A DNA stretch of 37,552 bases from Catajapyx aquilonaris (lineage: Eukaryota): the NCBI GenBank assembly GCA_000934665.2, contig KZ539111.1, positions 1-37,552 on the forward strand, read 5' to 3'. The translations under genes were made by a program, and so were the position numbers. Below the pieces are notes generated by a model, which worked only from the letters and a program-made list of their open reading frames with translations, ran no database searches and was not told where the DNA came from. Positions 23,269 to 34,802 of this stretch are shown here, piece after piece; position 1 is the first letter of the stretch; every line of letters starts with the position of its first letter.

Positions 23269-24490
23269 ATCTAGTGTTTGTGATGTTAGTGTGTTGATCT
23301 ATCACAACCAAATGAAGCAAAACATCAAAACATCCAGCCAACACTACGTACACCTCAGCAGGGTGCATATGTGCCTCTTGCAAAATTCAATTTGTTTGTG
23401 AAAAAATACACTGTTATGATCAACAACAATAGGTTTGCTTATATCAGGGGGTTCCATGGGGTGGATTGGTAGATTCATTGGCAGACATGCTTACTGAATT
23501 AAGTAGATCACCACATGCAAGGCCACAATGTAAGATGGGCCCATGATAGGAATGTTTTAAAAATGTTACTTGGACTGTAATTCTGTAATTTCTCACCATT
23601 GCATTGTAACAATGAAAACTTCATTAGACCTACACTTAACAGGATCAGTCATATTTCCCCAAATTTTGGAGTGCATTTTACATATTAAATTGCATTTTCT
23701 GATACTCTCATATGGCCTGGATGACTTCATTGCATTCCATATATTGCCACCATATTGCCATCTTAACAGTCAAGATAGTAAGTTTCAGAAAAGTAGGCAG
23801 TTTTTCTTTACAAAAACTACTTCCTGCACCTGATTCAGTGTTTTACTCCCAACACATAAGGATATTGTTCATGTGCAAAAATGAGAAAAACTGTTTTTGA
23901 CAGTATGGCAACCTAGCTTAGCCAAAAACTGACGTTCTTTGCTTTTTTGCCAAGAGGTAGGAATGGTACAGGTCCCATGACCTCTTATCTGGAAGATCTG
24001 CCTGACCCATAAATGTGCCATCTTCCACACTTGTTAGGCCTTGCCAGTAGATGACAATTGAACTGAAAGCAGAAAAATGTCAGAAGCAACTTTTCTGGGA
24101 TTGGAGATATCCTGACAACCTGCCTGAAATTTTTCAATATTTTAGTACAGGTGTATCATTTTCAATGATATTAAAACTTGTTGAATATCACAATTCATTT
24201 TAATGACAACAGCTAGAGCTGTGACAAGGGTTGAGGAGGCCTCCCATGCATATGTTCCTATTGCTTCCATTGGGGAAGGAGAAAGTTTGTGCATTTGTGC
24301 CAACCCCAACAAAGTAATACACAACTCCTACTTCATTGACTGCAACTTGATGAACAACCCATGTTGTGTTGACATGGTTGAAATAACTCCTCGCTGACTA
24401 TAGTGTGCGCAAAAAGAGAATTATTGCAAAAAATTGTGCATCTGGTTACACACAGTAGCTGCAACTTATGGTGTAAACAAGGGCTCTGGA

Positions 24491-24709
24491 CAGTGGCGGA
24501 TCTAGACGTCGTTGTTGGGGGGGGGTTGAATCTNATTTGTCGCCGCGCTCCCCCCCCCAATAAAGAAAAAAACCCAATAAAGCCCGCCGCAGGCGAAATT
24601 TTTTTACACTCTGTAAGCACATCGGATTGCGAAATGGCCTTTTTTCTGTTTCTTGCTTCAGCTTGGGGGGGGTGATCACCCCGATCACCCTCCCATAGAT
24701 CCGCCACTG
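24491..24709. mobile_element. hAT MITE
   Basis: TIR CAGTGGCGGATCTA with perfect 8-bp TSD GCTCTGGA. Confidence 0.93.
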
Positions 24710-25620
24710 GCTCTGGAAAAAGTGCATGGAGCACTTTTTTCTAACTGCACCCTCTGTATAGATTTGCAGGGTGAAAGTGGTCCAGTATTGTCATCTCAAG
24801 GTGAAACACCAAAACCAGTAAAGACGAAGGTTGTGTGCACTCTACCCTGTCGGCCCAGGGAGGATGGATGCAGGGCCTGCGAGTGACCTTCATCCTTACT
24901 GGTTTTGGACATAGGGTGATTCACCTTGGGACAGCAGAATAGGTCCCACCACTCATGTGCAGGACGACTTCCTGGCCAAAAAAACTACACCCTATTCACA
25001 ACTTCATAGGACAGTAATGGCAGGTTCTTCAATGATGTGGTGAATTTACTAAGAATTTCTGATATTGTGTAGTTCTCAGTGTGCAACCATCCCTGGAACA
25101 TGTTCATTTCTAATCCCTAATTCACAAGTGTTGTACGAGGGTTGGATTTTAAATAGTGGCAGCACTAAGGCCACAGGCTCACTGAGTAATAAAATTAATT
25201 CAATTCAAATTCATAGAGCAGTAATTTCAGATATTTCAAAATGTCATTTTTATGGGATAAATCCAGTAGGGGAGACCAGGCACAATGGCTGCAGGGGCAC
25301 AATGGCACAGTCAAAGTGAAGAGGCTATTAAGTTCACGGACATCAAGCTTATGTGGTAGGTGCAGATTGACATGCTCCACACTACATCCTATTTTTAATT
25401 CAATCGCAAAAGTCTGTCTGCAGCAGTACCAATTTTTTCGATTTTTTACCATGAGAGTAAATTTCCAATTTTCATTAGTTTTTCTTGTTTCTTCCAATGG
25501 AAGTGGTAGATCACCGAGTCCAATATAATGTGTTTGCAAGGCAGAATATCTGCCTACATAATGACAACATAAATGACCATTTAATATTTTGTCACTCAAG
25601 AGTAGGACTCCAAAGATTTA

Positions 25621-26012
25621 AAAATGCCTGCGGGGCATGATGGCACATTTTACTTGGGGCACGTTGGCACCCCACCAACCCTACCAACCTTAGCGGACCA
25701 TGGCAGATCATGGAAGCCTCTCCCCTGTCACTTATTAGGCCGGGCCCATGCACTTTTCCCAGTTGCTGGCTACTTGCTCCTTAGCTGGAGGGCACACTAT
25801 GCTATCCTGCAGGAAAAAAGTTCTTAATATCTTTGTAACATCTTCGTAATCTCTTGTAACTATATGGATATTAATCGATAATGTGGGTAGAAGTCATTTT
25901 CACGTTATTTCATAAGCCCTACCTTAGCCTTATATTACGGTGCCAACGTGCCCCATGCCTTGTGCCAGTGCCCCGGTCATGGGGCATGTTGACACACACG
26001 CAGAGGCTTTTT
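25621..26012. mobile_element. Degraded TIR element (ends approximate)
   Basis: Inverted GGGGCACGTTGGCACC/GGTGCCAACGTGCCCC and several GGGGCA subterminal motifs. Confidence 0.5.
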
Positions 26013-28090
26013 ATGATTTTTAGTGGATAGCATATCTAAAATGCACACATGAAAATATCACATATATGTGCTCAAATATTTATCCGTATAAAAATTACAG
26101 TGAATTAAGTCTTAACTGGTCCACTTAGAAAAAAATGAAATGTACAAAGTGTGCCATTTAGCTCTGGTCTCCTCTAATGTTTTAAAACTGTCTCATAGCA
26201 CAAACACAGATGAATGAGGAACAAGTTAAAAAAGAACTTTTATTCTTCTACAATCGAATAAAGATGCACCCATCACAATGGGTGATGACACCACGGAACA
26301 ATACTCTCTCATTCTGAGAGTTTGGGCTAGGCAACACCATGCCTGCCATACCACTGCTTTCTTCACACAAAGATTGTACCTTAGGCTTACAGCACTATAT
26401 TCAAGCACATGTGTACACTCATATTACAATATTTTCAGAGAAAAAAAGTGCTTTGCTTGCGTCCCATAATTATGTATGTGGAAAGTAATCATGATTTCAC
26501 ATCACCAACAAGGCTAGCTAGTACAGCATTATTTGTTCCACTTCGTGAAAAATATATCTCTTGACCAGCCAATGTAGCAAGTAACCCATTACGCAAATAA
26601 ATACTTATACAGGGCGGTGCAAAAGTTGCAAAATGATCTCGCAGCCTTAAGCTCCTTGCAACATTCCAAGATAAAATCACCCCAGTTGTTTCTATGATTT
26701 CAGCTACAATATAGACATAATTGCTTCTTAATTCTAGTCTTGTCATCATTGGATGGTTATGCTATGCCCCACAGGCATTTGAATAGCATGACAAAAATTA
26801 ATATTTCTTCACACTGGGATTTGACATCAATTAGGATAATTTCATGGGCATACAGGAGAAATCTACGACCACCCCCTGGCATCGGTGTTTAGCCTTAGCA
26901 GCAGAAATAGGCCGATGTTAAGCCCCACTGATAAATGTGTAAACAATGGCAAGATCAGATCTTGGCTTTGGATTATCTCAAAACTAGTTGTTTTTTGACT
27001 TAAGTGGATTTCACCTGTATGCCCATCATTTTATCTAGGAATAACACAAGAAACCTACATAATAGAGGAATTGCACACCTCTTGTACCACCTTGTATAAC
27101 AGCATGTGAATAGAACACTAGCAAAGAAGATCAGAAATGAGTACAAAGGATGCCGATGTTTTGGCCAGCATAAGGAATACACCACTACTTTTCTCCCCTT
27201 GAATCTTGCCCCAATGCTTTCACATTTGGACATGCCTAGCACAATTCAAACAATGTGATCCCTCTTCGTTGCCATTTCTCCATTCTATAATCAAGTACTT
27301 GTGATGTCATAGAGTACGTTTCTAAACTTCAGCGACTGCTGCCGCAGAGATAAACAAGTCATTGCTAAATGTTCGGCCTCCAGTGACGTGAGCACTTTAT
27401 GTGACCAAGTCACATTTTTTGTAATAGCATGGGAAATACAGCACATGTGGGCTTCACCCTTCAGATCTTGGGATTGATTCCATTTGCAATTCATGGAATT
27501 TAGTTTACACTAGTACTGGACTATGCCTAATTTTGGCAACAGTTCTGAATTTACCCCAGAATTTCACCAGTTCTGAACTTCCTATTAGCAATCCAACTTT
27601 AGCTCTGCCAGCACAGCATTCATAAGTTTTGAAATTATTGCATCCAAGGATGTATTTGTGGTGTGGAGCAATCAGGTGCAATGCTGTCAGAAGTTTCTCA
27701 AGAATATATTTTTACTGAATCCCATACAATTGTCACTGACTTTTAATGACTAAAAAAAGGTATCCCACAGATTTCCTGTCTTCTTTGGTAGTTTCCACTC
27801 ACTCACAAGAAATACTTAACTACAGATAGAAAATATCCAAGGAGGGGAAGAAAAGAGAATGAAAAATGAGGTCATAGGGTTCCTTTTCTTGTTGCACTTA
27901 TCGGATTTCCATCAATGATTCTTCTTTCCTCATTACCATTAGCGCATATCTCCAAGAGCGCAAAACTTTGCAACTTTCTCACGGAAACTTCCAGTCACTT
28001 CCAACTTAGTAGCCTCTGCAATACCAAAAATGAAGGATCAGTATTGGCAATAACTAATTTCCAAATTGTGTGTGTGTGTGTGTGGGTGTT

Positions 28091-28397
28091 CTTGTCTTCA
28101 ATAAGGTCTGGGGACGGAAACAGGTGTGTTACTGTAACTCTGGGGACGTTGACCCAATTGTGGGGACATATTCGGTCCCCACAGCGTCTCACACGAGAAT
28201 ATCACCGTTACAGTGAGGACATGTCTCCACTATTTCGTTTTGCAGGGTTTCACAAAAGTCCATTTCGCTCAGCCTAGGTTAGATAGGGTAGGGTAGGTAG
28301 GGTAGGGTAGGGTAGGGTACGTTAGGGTAGGTTAGGTTAGGTTACACTCGCTACGAAAAGTTCAGTTTCCACGTCCCCACACCTTAGTGAAGACAGG
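28091..28397. mobile_element. TIR element inserted in (TG)n, with internal (GGGTA/TTAGG)n tract
   Basis: Imperfect TIR of about 30 bp, C(T/C)TGTCTTCAxTAAGGTxTGGGGACG. TG runs on both sides and repeated TGGGGAC motifs. Confidence 0.8.
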
Positions 28398-28417
28398 TCT
28401 GTGTGTGTGTGTGTGTG

Positions 28418-28668
28418 GGCGCGCATTGCTATCCTTGTGAGGAATTTTTTTCGCGTTTTTCCTATCCTTGTGAGGAATTTTGTCATTACGAGGTAGTTTT
28501 CCTGTACCTCATAGTGAACACACGCCTCACAAGGATAGGGAAAAATCGAAAAATACCTCATAAAGACCGCAAAAATATATTTCACCAAAATTTCGTGTTT
28601 CCTTGTAGGTTAGGTTAGTTTTAAATTTTAAATTTTGGAAAAACCTCACAAGGATAGGAATGCGCGCC
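28418..28668. mobile_element. Second TIR element inserted in the same (TG)n tract
   Basis: TIR GGCGCGCATT(G/C)CTATCCTTGTGAGG matching at 24 of 25 positions, with internal repeats of CTATCCTTGTGAGG in both orientations. Confidence 0.85.
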
Positions 28669-29706
28669 TGTGTGTGTGTGTGCATGTGCAATAATGCATG
28701 CTTCTCAAAATGTTGTGCACAAAAGTGCTGACAGAATGCAGGTCTTCAAAGTAACACCTGAATTACTGCATTAAATCTTCAGAGTATGACTCTACTCCCA
28801 ACTTTTGTGATGCTAAAGAACTACACAAAGCCAGTCTTAAATGTGTGTTCTACAAGCTTTCTTTTTTATTGCATGCCACTAGGGTGAGGTAACATCACAC
28901 AGCCCACTTCTGGCCATTTCACAAACTCGGCGTTGCAAGAGCGAGGCATGTGGGCCTTTCGTCCCTCGCACGCGGAAAGTCCACCCAGTCACACGCCAGC
29001 GCTCGGCCATCCCACGCACCATTTGTTAACAGCCACTTGCATGTTTTATCCCATGAAATAATCATTAGCAAAGAACGGATTTCCAAGTTTTTACCTAATT
29101 TTTATCTTGTAGGCAGAACACCAGAACCAAAATATCTATCCATTTTATAACACAAGGACCTCAAATATTGTAGTTTTATAAAACCTAAAATTGCCTATTT
29201 CGGACGTTAGGACCCAAATGGCCTATAAGCGCCTATTTACGCCTTTTGTAATATTTTCGGCAGTTTTTACTTGTTTTCCGTTCAAGTCATCCCTCCAGCT
29301 TCAACCTGTGAACAGCGAAGAAGCTGTAGCCTATAGACATGCCAGATGAACTGGCAATACAAGACATTTAAGTCCGAAACAATGGGTCATATTTTCGTCC
29401 CACTGCTAGATGCTGCTAACACTCTCTCTGTGGTACTGCTAAGTTAGCAGTAACTAGCAGTAGAACGAAAATTTGGCCCACTATCAATATGTCTCGCCAA
29501 TGTAGAAAAGTATAACAAACTTTTTCTAGAAGACAAAGTAAAAATCTATGGTAAGTTTTATTATTTTGATTCAACCAAGCAGCATACTCTCTGTACAGTA
29601 GTACATTAAAAACCTGTGAATTTCTCATTTTTTATGATGTCTAGGACATTTTCCTATTATCCGTGTTTTCCGATTATCTGGCAACACTCGTGCAGTCATT
29701 AGCCCG

Positions 29707-29759
29707 GATAATGGGGAGTAATGGGGATAATGGGGAGATAATGGGGAGATAATGGGGAG
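29707..29759 (+). repeat. Tandem (GA)TAATGGGGA x5 repeat, G-quadruplex-compatible
   Basis: Five GGGG tracts separated by 5-7 nt. Confidence 0.85.
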
Positions 29760-29851
29760 TCCAGCACTTCTCTTTGTGGTGCTTCGTCTGTGAGGTGCTT
29801 TGCAATTGCAAAGCACCTCACAGACGAAGCACCACAAAGAGAAGTGCTGGA
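29760..29851. repeat. Perfect 92-bp palindrome with no spacer
   Basis: TCCAGCACTTCTCTTTGTGGTGCTTCGTCTGTGAGGTGCTTTGCAA|TTGCAAAGCACC...GTGCTGGA; centre between 29805 and 29806. Confidence 0.97.
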
Positions 29852-29956
29852 AAGTGAGGTATGCCCGTTTACAATACTCGTAAGTCAGGAGAAAAATTTT
29901 CTAAATATTCTGTCTTGAAATATATAATTCCTCCAATATAAATCTGTACAATAACT

Positions 29957-30198
29957 GAGGTGCTTAGAACAAAAGTGGCCCAAGTCCAAAAATATAATGC
30001 TACAAAAATTGACCTGAAATGCCCCATGGTGGAGGCAATTCTCATTGGAGCATAAATATGACTACTCCATCTACTGGCCAAATGTCCAAATTATGACCTA
30101 CACCAACTTTGGACCAACTTGGAGTAGTCTTCTGAGCGTGATGTCGTTTCTCGGCAGTGGCAAAAATGGACTTGGGCCACTTTTATTCTAAGCGCCTC
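29957..30198. mobile_element. MITE with GAG termini (possibly Sola-like)
   Basis: TIR of about 32 bp, GAGG(T/C)GCTTAGAA(C/T)AAAAGTGGCCCAAGTCCA, with flanks AACT and AATT. Confidence 0.8.
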
Positions 30199-30242
30199 AA
30201 TTATGCATGGTAAAAAGTGATAATGCAAGTCCTGAGTTGTGA

Positions 30243-30616
30243 ATGTTATTTTATTTTTATTTAATTTTAATTTTTTTTAAATTACCCCACTTAGGGAGCT
30301 ACTTACTCCTTTGGGGGGGGGGNGGTGGGGGGGGGATTACCACCATCGAGATTTGTTGGAGCGTGTTAAGAAGGATCTTATTAGTTTACTCCAAGGGTAG
30401 GTGGGAGGGGATGTGCAAAGTGCATGTGCGCTGTCGTTGAGTGGTCATTTTGTGAACTCCCCTGGGTGGATTAGTCTTTAGGAAATTTCCACCCGAAATG
30501 AAGCCAGAGATGGCCCAACTCTGCACGGATAAAGGTGGGAACCCCGGGTGGGGATTGAACCCGGGACCTTCATATCCGTGGGCGAGCGTGTTACCGCGGC
30601 GCCACTTCATCTCCGA
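30243..30616 (-). mobile_element. tRNA-derived SINE, family 3, copy 2
   Basis: Aligns with 11784-12142 through head, body and tail. Confidence 0.88.
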
Positions 30617-30723
30617 ATGGGGGAAATATACAGGGTCCACTTCTCCTTCTCAACTCTAGTCTGCATATATTCTTCATCCCTTTTCCTTTTCCCAACCTTT
30701 GTGGGATAACTTCTTAGATCAAG

Positions 30724-31022
30724 ACCGAAGCAGGTTGGTGTAGGGGTTAAGGAGCCAGACTGCTAATCGGGAGGTCCTGGGATCAAATCCCCGGGCCGGC
30801 AACTCTGACCGTGGTTTTCTGTGGTTTCCCACGGTCCCTCCAGGAAAATTCCGGAGTTGTTTCCGTAATTAACAGGCCACAGCCGCTTCCTTCCTTCCCT
30901 ATCCCTTCCCAAAAAGTGAAGCAAAAAGTAAAAAGCCAAGAGTTCCTGACAAAAAAAAAATTGGGATGAACTCCCCCCCTAAGAGAGCCAATGGCTCTAT
31001 CACGGGGTAAATTATTATTATT
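30724..31022 (+). mobile_element. tRNA-derived SINE with Inv-domain-like core, family 5, with TSD
   Basis: tRNA-like head. Core GGTTTTCTGTGGTTTCCCACGGTCCCTCCAGGAAAATTCCGG...GGCCACAGCCGCTTCCTTCC. (ATT)n tail. 15-bp TSD ACTTCTTAGATCAAG at 30709 and 31023. Confidence 0.92.
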
Positions 31023-31042
31023 ACTTCTTAGATCAAGGCCCC

Positions 31043-31160
31043 TAGTCTGGTGACCCAGGGTAAGCTTGCCCGCGGGCAATCACCATGGCAACATATGTAA
31101 AAGGATAGCAGTACACAACCAGTTACCCAAGGGGGCAAGCTACCCGGGGTCACCAGACTA
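31043..31160. mobile_element. Small MITE
   Basis: TIR TAGTCTGGTGACCC..GGGTAAGCTTGCCC is mirrored at the right end. Confidence 0.75.
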
Positions 31161-31398
31161 TATACCCAAATTATGGGTGTGGTAGAAAAAGCTGACAACC
31201 CACAAAAGTGTAATTTTCCAGGAGAGCGAATTTAAGTTCTCTCAACAAATCATAGGGAATGCTGGTTTTGATCTAGTCCGTGTGGCCGTCTCATGCATGA
31301 TATGTGAACTTGGAGTATACCAAACTGTTTGTCATGTCTTTTACACAGTTGCTAGGTGTTGAGGTTAAAAATGACAAATATGGGGGTTTCCACCACAC

Positions 31399-31760
31399 CA
31401 GGGGCGGATCCAAGGGGGGGGGGGGGGGTCACGGGGGTCATGACCCCCCCCCCAAACCATGGAAAGTGAAATATTTTCTAAATTTTTATCTGCAAATTAG
31501 GATGATTTTTGGGAAAAAGTGCTACCAATTTCATCAAATACTGTACACACACATTCAAATCTCCTACATTCACCTAAGCTCGTGTGACCTTGAACCCCCC
31601 CAAAAATTTTCGCCTGCGGCGCTCTTGCTCCCCGCCCTTTTCGACTTATGCCCCCGCCCCACCTCGCAAACGCCACCAAGTCTGTGGTATGGTACAGAAC
31701 GGTCCGAAAGGACCATGACGGCATGACCCCCCCCTAATTGAAAGTCTGGATCCGCCCCTG
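31399..31760. mobile_element. hAT MITE
   Basis: TIR CAGGGGCGGATCCA with perfect 8-bp TSD CACCACAC. Interior resembles the 24491-24709 element. Confidence 0.93.
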
Positions 31761-32076
31761 CACCACACCCCTCAAATCTGTTCACTATACAATTACTTAC
31801 ACCAATTTTTTTCCTTTAAAGGAGAGTAATTTAAACGTGTTTATAAGGAGCTCTGATAGTCACAAAATAATTTTCCTTGCTAAGACAAATTCTCTAGCAG
31901 GAGGGTTGTTACACGGAGAGTACAATGTGTATTATGACCAGATATTCTCTTAGTTGAGATGGTTCCTGCCACCAGTGTCAAACATTTTTCTGCTAATTAC
32001 TATGCAGGTTATAAAAAAAATCACAGTCAAAACGAGCCAACAGGAGATGGGTTACCTCTCAAGTTACATAGACTAC

Positions 32077-32280
32077 TCACTTGAGTTGCGCCAACTCATC
32101 CTGTGACTGCACCTCTGCCAGAATAGCACACTTCGGCTGGAACGAGTCAAAGTAGACATTTGCCTGCTTGTGCACACTTCGTACATGGGCCCGGAGATTG
32201 TCCCTGCGTGCAGATCTGTATGGACAGTGTGGGCACAGATGCGGTTTTTCACCGGTATGGATTCGGCGGTGTTGGATCAG
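32077..32280 (-). CDS. C2H2 zinc-finger gene, third visible exon (end of finger 5, TGEKP linker, finger 6, C-terminal tail)
   Basis: Acceptor TTTCTTTTTATGGCAG|, phase 0. Encodes LIQHRRIHTGEKPHLCPHCPYRSARRDNLRAHVRSVHKQANVYFDSFQPK...ELAQLK*. The stop overlaps a GTGAGT donor, so the gene may continue. Confidence 0.92.
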   Translation of the reverse strand: MIQHRRIHTGEKPHLCPHCPYRSARRDNLRAHVRSVHKQANVYFDSFQPKCAILAEVQSQDELAQLK

Positions 32281-32462
32281 CTGCCATAAAAAGAAAGAAA
32301 AGACATTTTAGCATTTTATTCCAACAAGGTACTTTTGAATCTAATGACTGCAGATAGCTTTGTAAAAAACTAAAGTAGGGCTTAGGAGGAAAGCATGATT
32401 TCATTCATTGGGGTGTCTGCTAAGAGTAGACAAGAGAACATTGATACAACCAACTGACTCAC

Positions 32463-32727
32463 CTTGCTCAGCTGAACAGTCCGGAACGTCGTACACATGT
32501 CACAGAAGTAGTATTTTCCACTGCAGTGCTTCCGCATGTGTCGCTTCATATCCACATCAGATGGCCTGTCCTTCCCACACACCACACAGGATATCTTTAC
32601 TGGACCTCCTGAAGCCACAACTCTTGCCACCCCTTCTAACTTGTGCTGCCTCTGGTGCTTGCGAAATGCCTTTTCTATAGTGCATGTGTATGGGCACACA
32701 GGGCACTGGTACTCTTCTGTCTCATAC
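32463..32727 (-). CDS. C2H2 zinc-finger gene, second visible exon (fingers 3, 4 and first half of 5)
   Basis: Acceptor ATACTAG|G in phase 2, donor AAG|GTGAGT in phase 0. Encodes YQCPVCPYTCTIEKAFRKHQRQH, ISCVVCGKDRPSDVDMKRHMRKH and YFCDMCTTFRTVQLSK. Confidence 0.92.
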
Positions 32728-32764
32728 CTAGTATTTAAAAAAGTTTAAGTAATAATTAAAGAAC

Positions 32765-33318
32765 ATATATAGTCCTTTGTGTTAATTATCCCGTTAAAAT
32801 GTCAATGGGCAATTCATAATTGGTCGAGATAAAAATTATCGAAATTGAAGGTACACCGCTCCTGCATATCTCGCTAGTGTCTTGAACGAACATTCATGGC
32901 CCAGTAAACAGGTTTAACTCCTGATGTAAGTCTGGTGACTAATTTTCTTTAAACATTACAAATTCTGAACCAATTAATACTTTAGTAATTCAATAATTTT
33001 CCAATGATTTTGTCAATTATTACGATTACCATTACTTAATGGTAATTATAATAACTGACAAAATCATTGGAAAATTATTGAATTACTAAAGTATTAATTG
33101 GTTCAGAATTTGTAATGTTTAAAGAAAATTAGTCACCAAACTTACATCATGAGTTAAACCTGTTTACTGGGCCAAAAAATACCCAATGAATGTTCGTTCA
33201 AGACACTAGCGAGATATGCAGGAGCGGTGTACCTTCAATTTCGATAATTTTTATCTCGACCAATTATGAATTGCCCATCGACATTTTAACGGGATAATTA
33301 ACACAAAGGACTATATAT
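32765..33318. repeat. 554-bp near-perfect inverted repeat (fold-back) in the zinc-finger intron
   Basis: Arms 32765-33034 and 33037-33318 around a 2-nt centre. By eye about six substitutions and one 12-nt indel. TA-rich ends. Confidence 0.95.
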
Positions 33319-34094
33319 TTATGTGAGGGAAAAAGTAAAAATAAATAAAAATAGCCTTTTTGGAAAAGTAAATTCAAAGTTTAAAATTTACCGTAAATTT
33401 TTAAATATGTTACATAAAAATATATTTGGTGGCTTTAGTATATTCCGTGCACATCTCCAATTAATTTAAGTCCCTATGTACATCTCTCTAAGATTGATAT
33501 TAAGGGAGATATCGTCACTTTTCGGATACCGCACAGCGCCAAAAACGATAAAATCGATAATCTTTCGGCGCCCGTAGTTCCGTTGTTAAATTTTTTTCGG
33601 ATGAATGGCCTGGGCCACATTTGTTTGGGGTGGAGTACGTCCATTTAAAAAAGTCTGAACGAAATTCGAGATACCAAGGGCTAATATCGTGCCGAACTGA
33701 CGTGGAATGACCCAACTGTGAAACCTGAGGTTTCATGTCTACTATGTTAACTTCACTCCGATTTTTAATGCTGGACTTTTATCTTCCTCTTCACCTGATC
33801 TTTTTCATACCACAGCTCGTCTGGTTGCTTTGGACACATCCAATTTTTCCCTTATTTTCATCAAAAAAATGTTGCTTTCTGCCAAAGCTTCTGACCGATC
33901 TTCACGTAAACTCGTCCCATTACTGTTACACATGAAAATCAGTGAAATAATGGTGAAAGCCAGGAAAAACAGTGGCACAAAATCAAGTACACTTTTTAAA
34001 CTCATTGAGTCATAGCTTAAGCACAAATCTGGTTTAAAAACGACCAGTCTTATTATTTCTACCTTCAATAACATTATAATCAACGAATTAACTT

Positions 34095-34802
34095 ACAAGG
34101 GAAGTGTCTGTAGGGGTATCGGCTAATCGGCCCGAAAATGACACTTCAGGTAAATCGCAGGCCAGAAATTCATTGGTGAAAATAAAAAGTGCCAATAGCC
34201 AAGCGTTTAGAGATATGAGCGACGATAGGTGGCACTGCAAACCTGCGAGGTGACAAGGGGCGCATTTGGGGTAAGAAATCATAAACAGTCTTCGTGGCTC
34301 AGTCTGTAGAACGTCCGCCTCATGTTCCGAAGTCTCCCCGTTCAAGTCCGTGGGAAGCTACTTTCTCTCTCTTCCCCCACACCCCCAGAGCATCGTTTTC
34401 GTTTTCTTTTTCTCCTAACACCATTTATCACCGCATATCTTCCCCTTAGCAATCAACAGGAATAAAACAGCTTGCTGGGAAGTGCATTACTTTTTCTTCT
34501 TCTGCCGATGCCTACCTACTCTCTCCATGGCTTCATATTCGGAAAAATGAATAGTCACAAGCTGAGTAAATAATAAATTATTCATGTCCCTTCGTAATGA
34601 TTTGTTTACCTGTACACTCGTTCATTTACGGTTGCAGTTTCATTGAGCAGTTATTGGGAGTTGACACCTATCGTCGCTCATATCTCGAAAACACTTGGCT
34701 ATTGGCACTTTTTATTTTCACCAATGAATTTCTGGCCTGCGATTTACCGGAAGTGTCATTTTTGGGCCGACTGGCCAATACCGCTACACACACTTCCCTT
34801 GT
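34095..34802. mobile_element. TIR element with arms of about 140 bp
   Basis: ACAAGGGAAGTGT...ACACTTCCCTTGT. Segments 34095-34232 and 34665-34802 are inverted copies. Confidence 0.88.

Noticed and set aside
24800..24975. Minus-strand open segment with HEWWDLFCCPK as a fourth WAP gene
   Set aside because: It has only a CC pair, with no other WAP cysteines and no matching signal-peptide exon found.
28283..28342. TTAGG/TAGGG run as an interstitial telomere
   Set aside because: Short, degenerate and internal to a TIR element.
30724..30800. tRNA-like sequences here and near 3710-3782, 12065-12140, 21065-21137, 21405-21480, 30545-30616 and 35560-35636
   Set aside because: Each is fused to a SINE body and tail, several have TSDs, and the cloverleaf pairing is imperfect. 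They are SINE heads, not tRNA genes.
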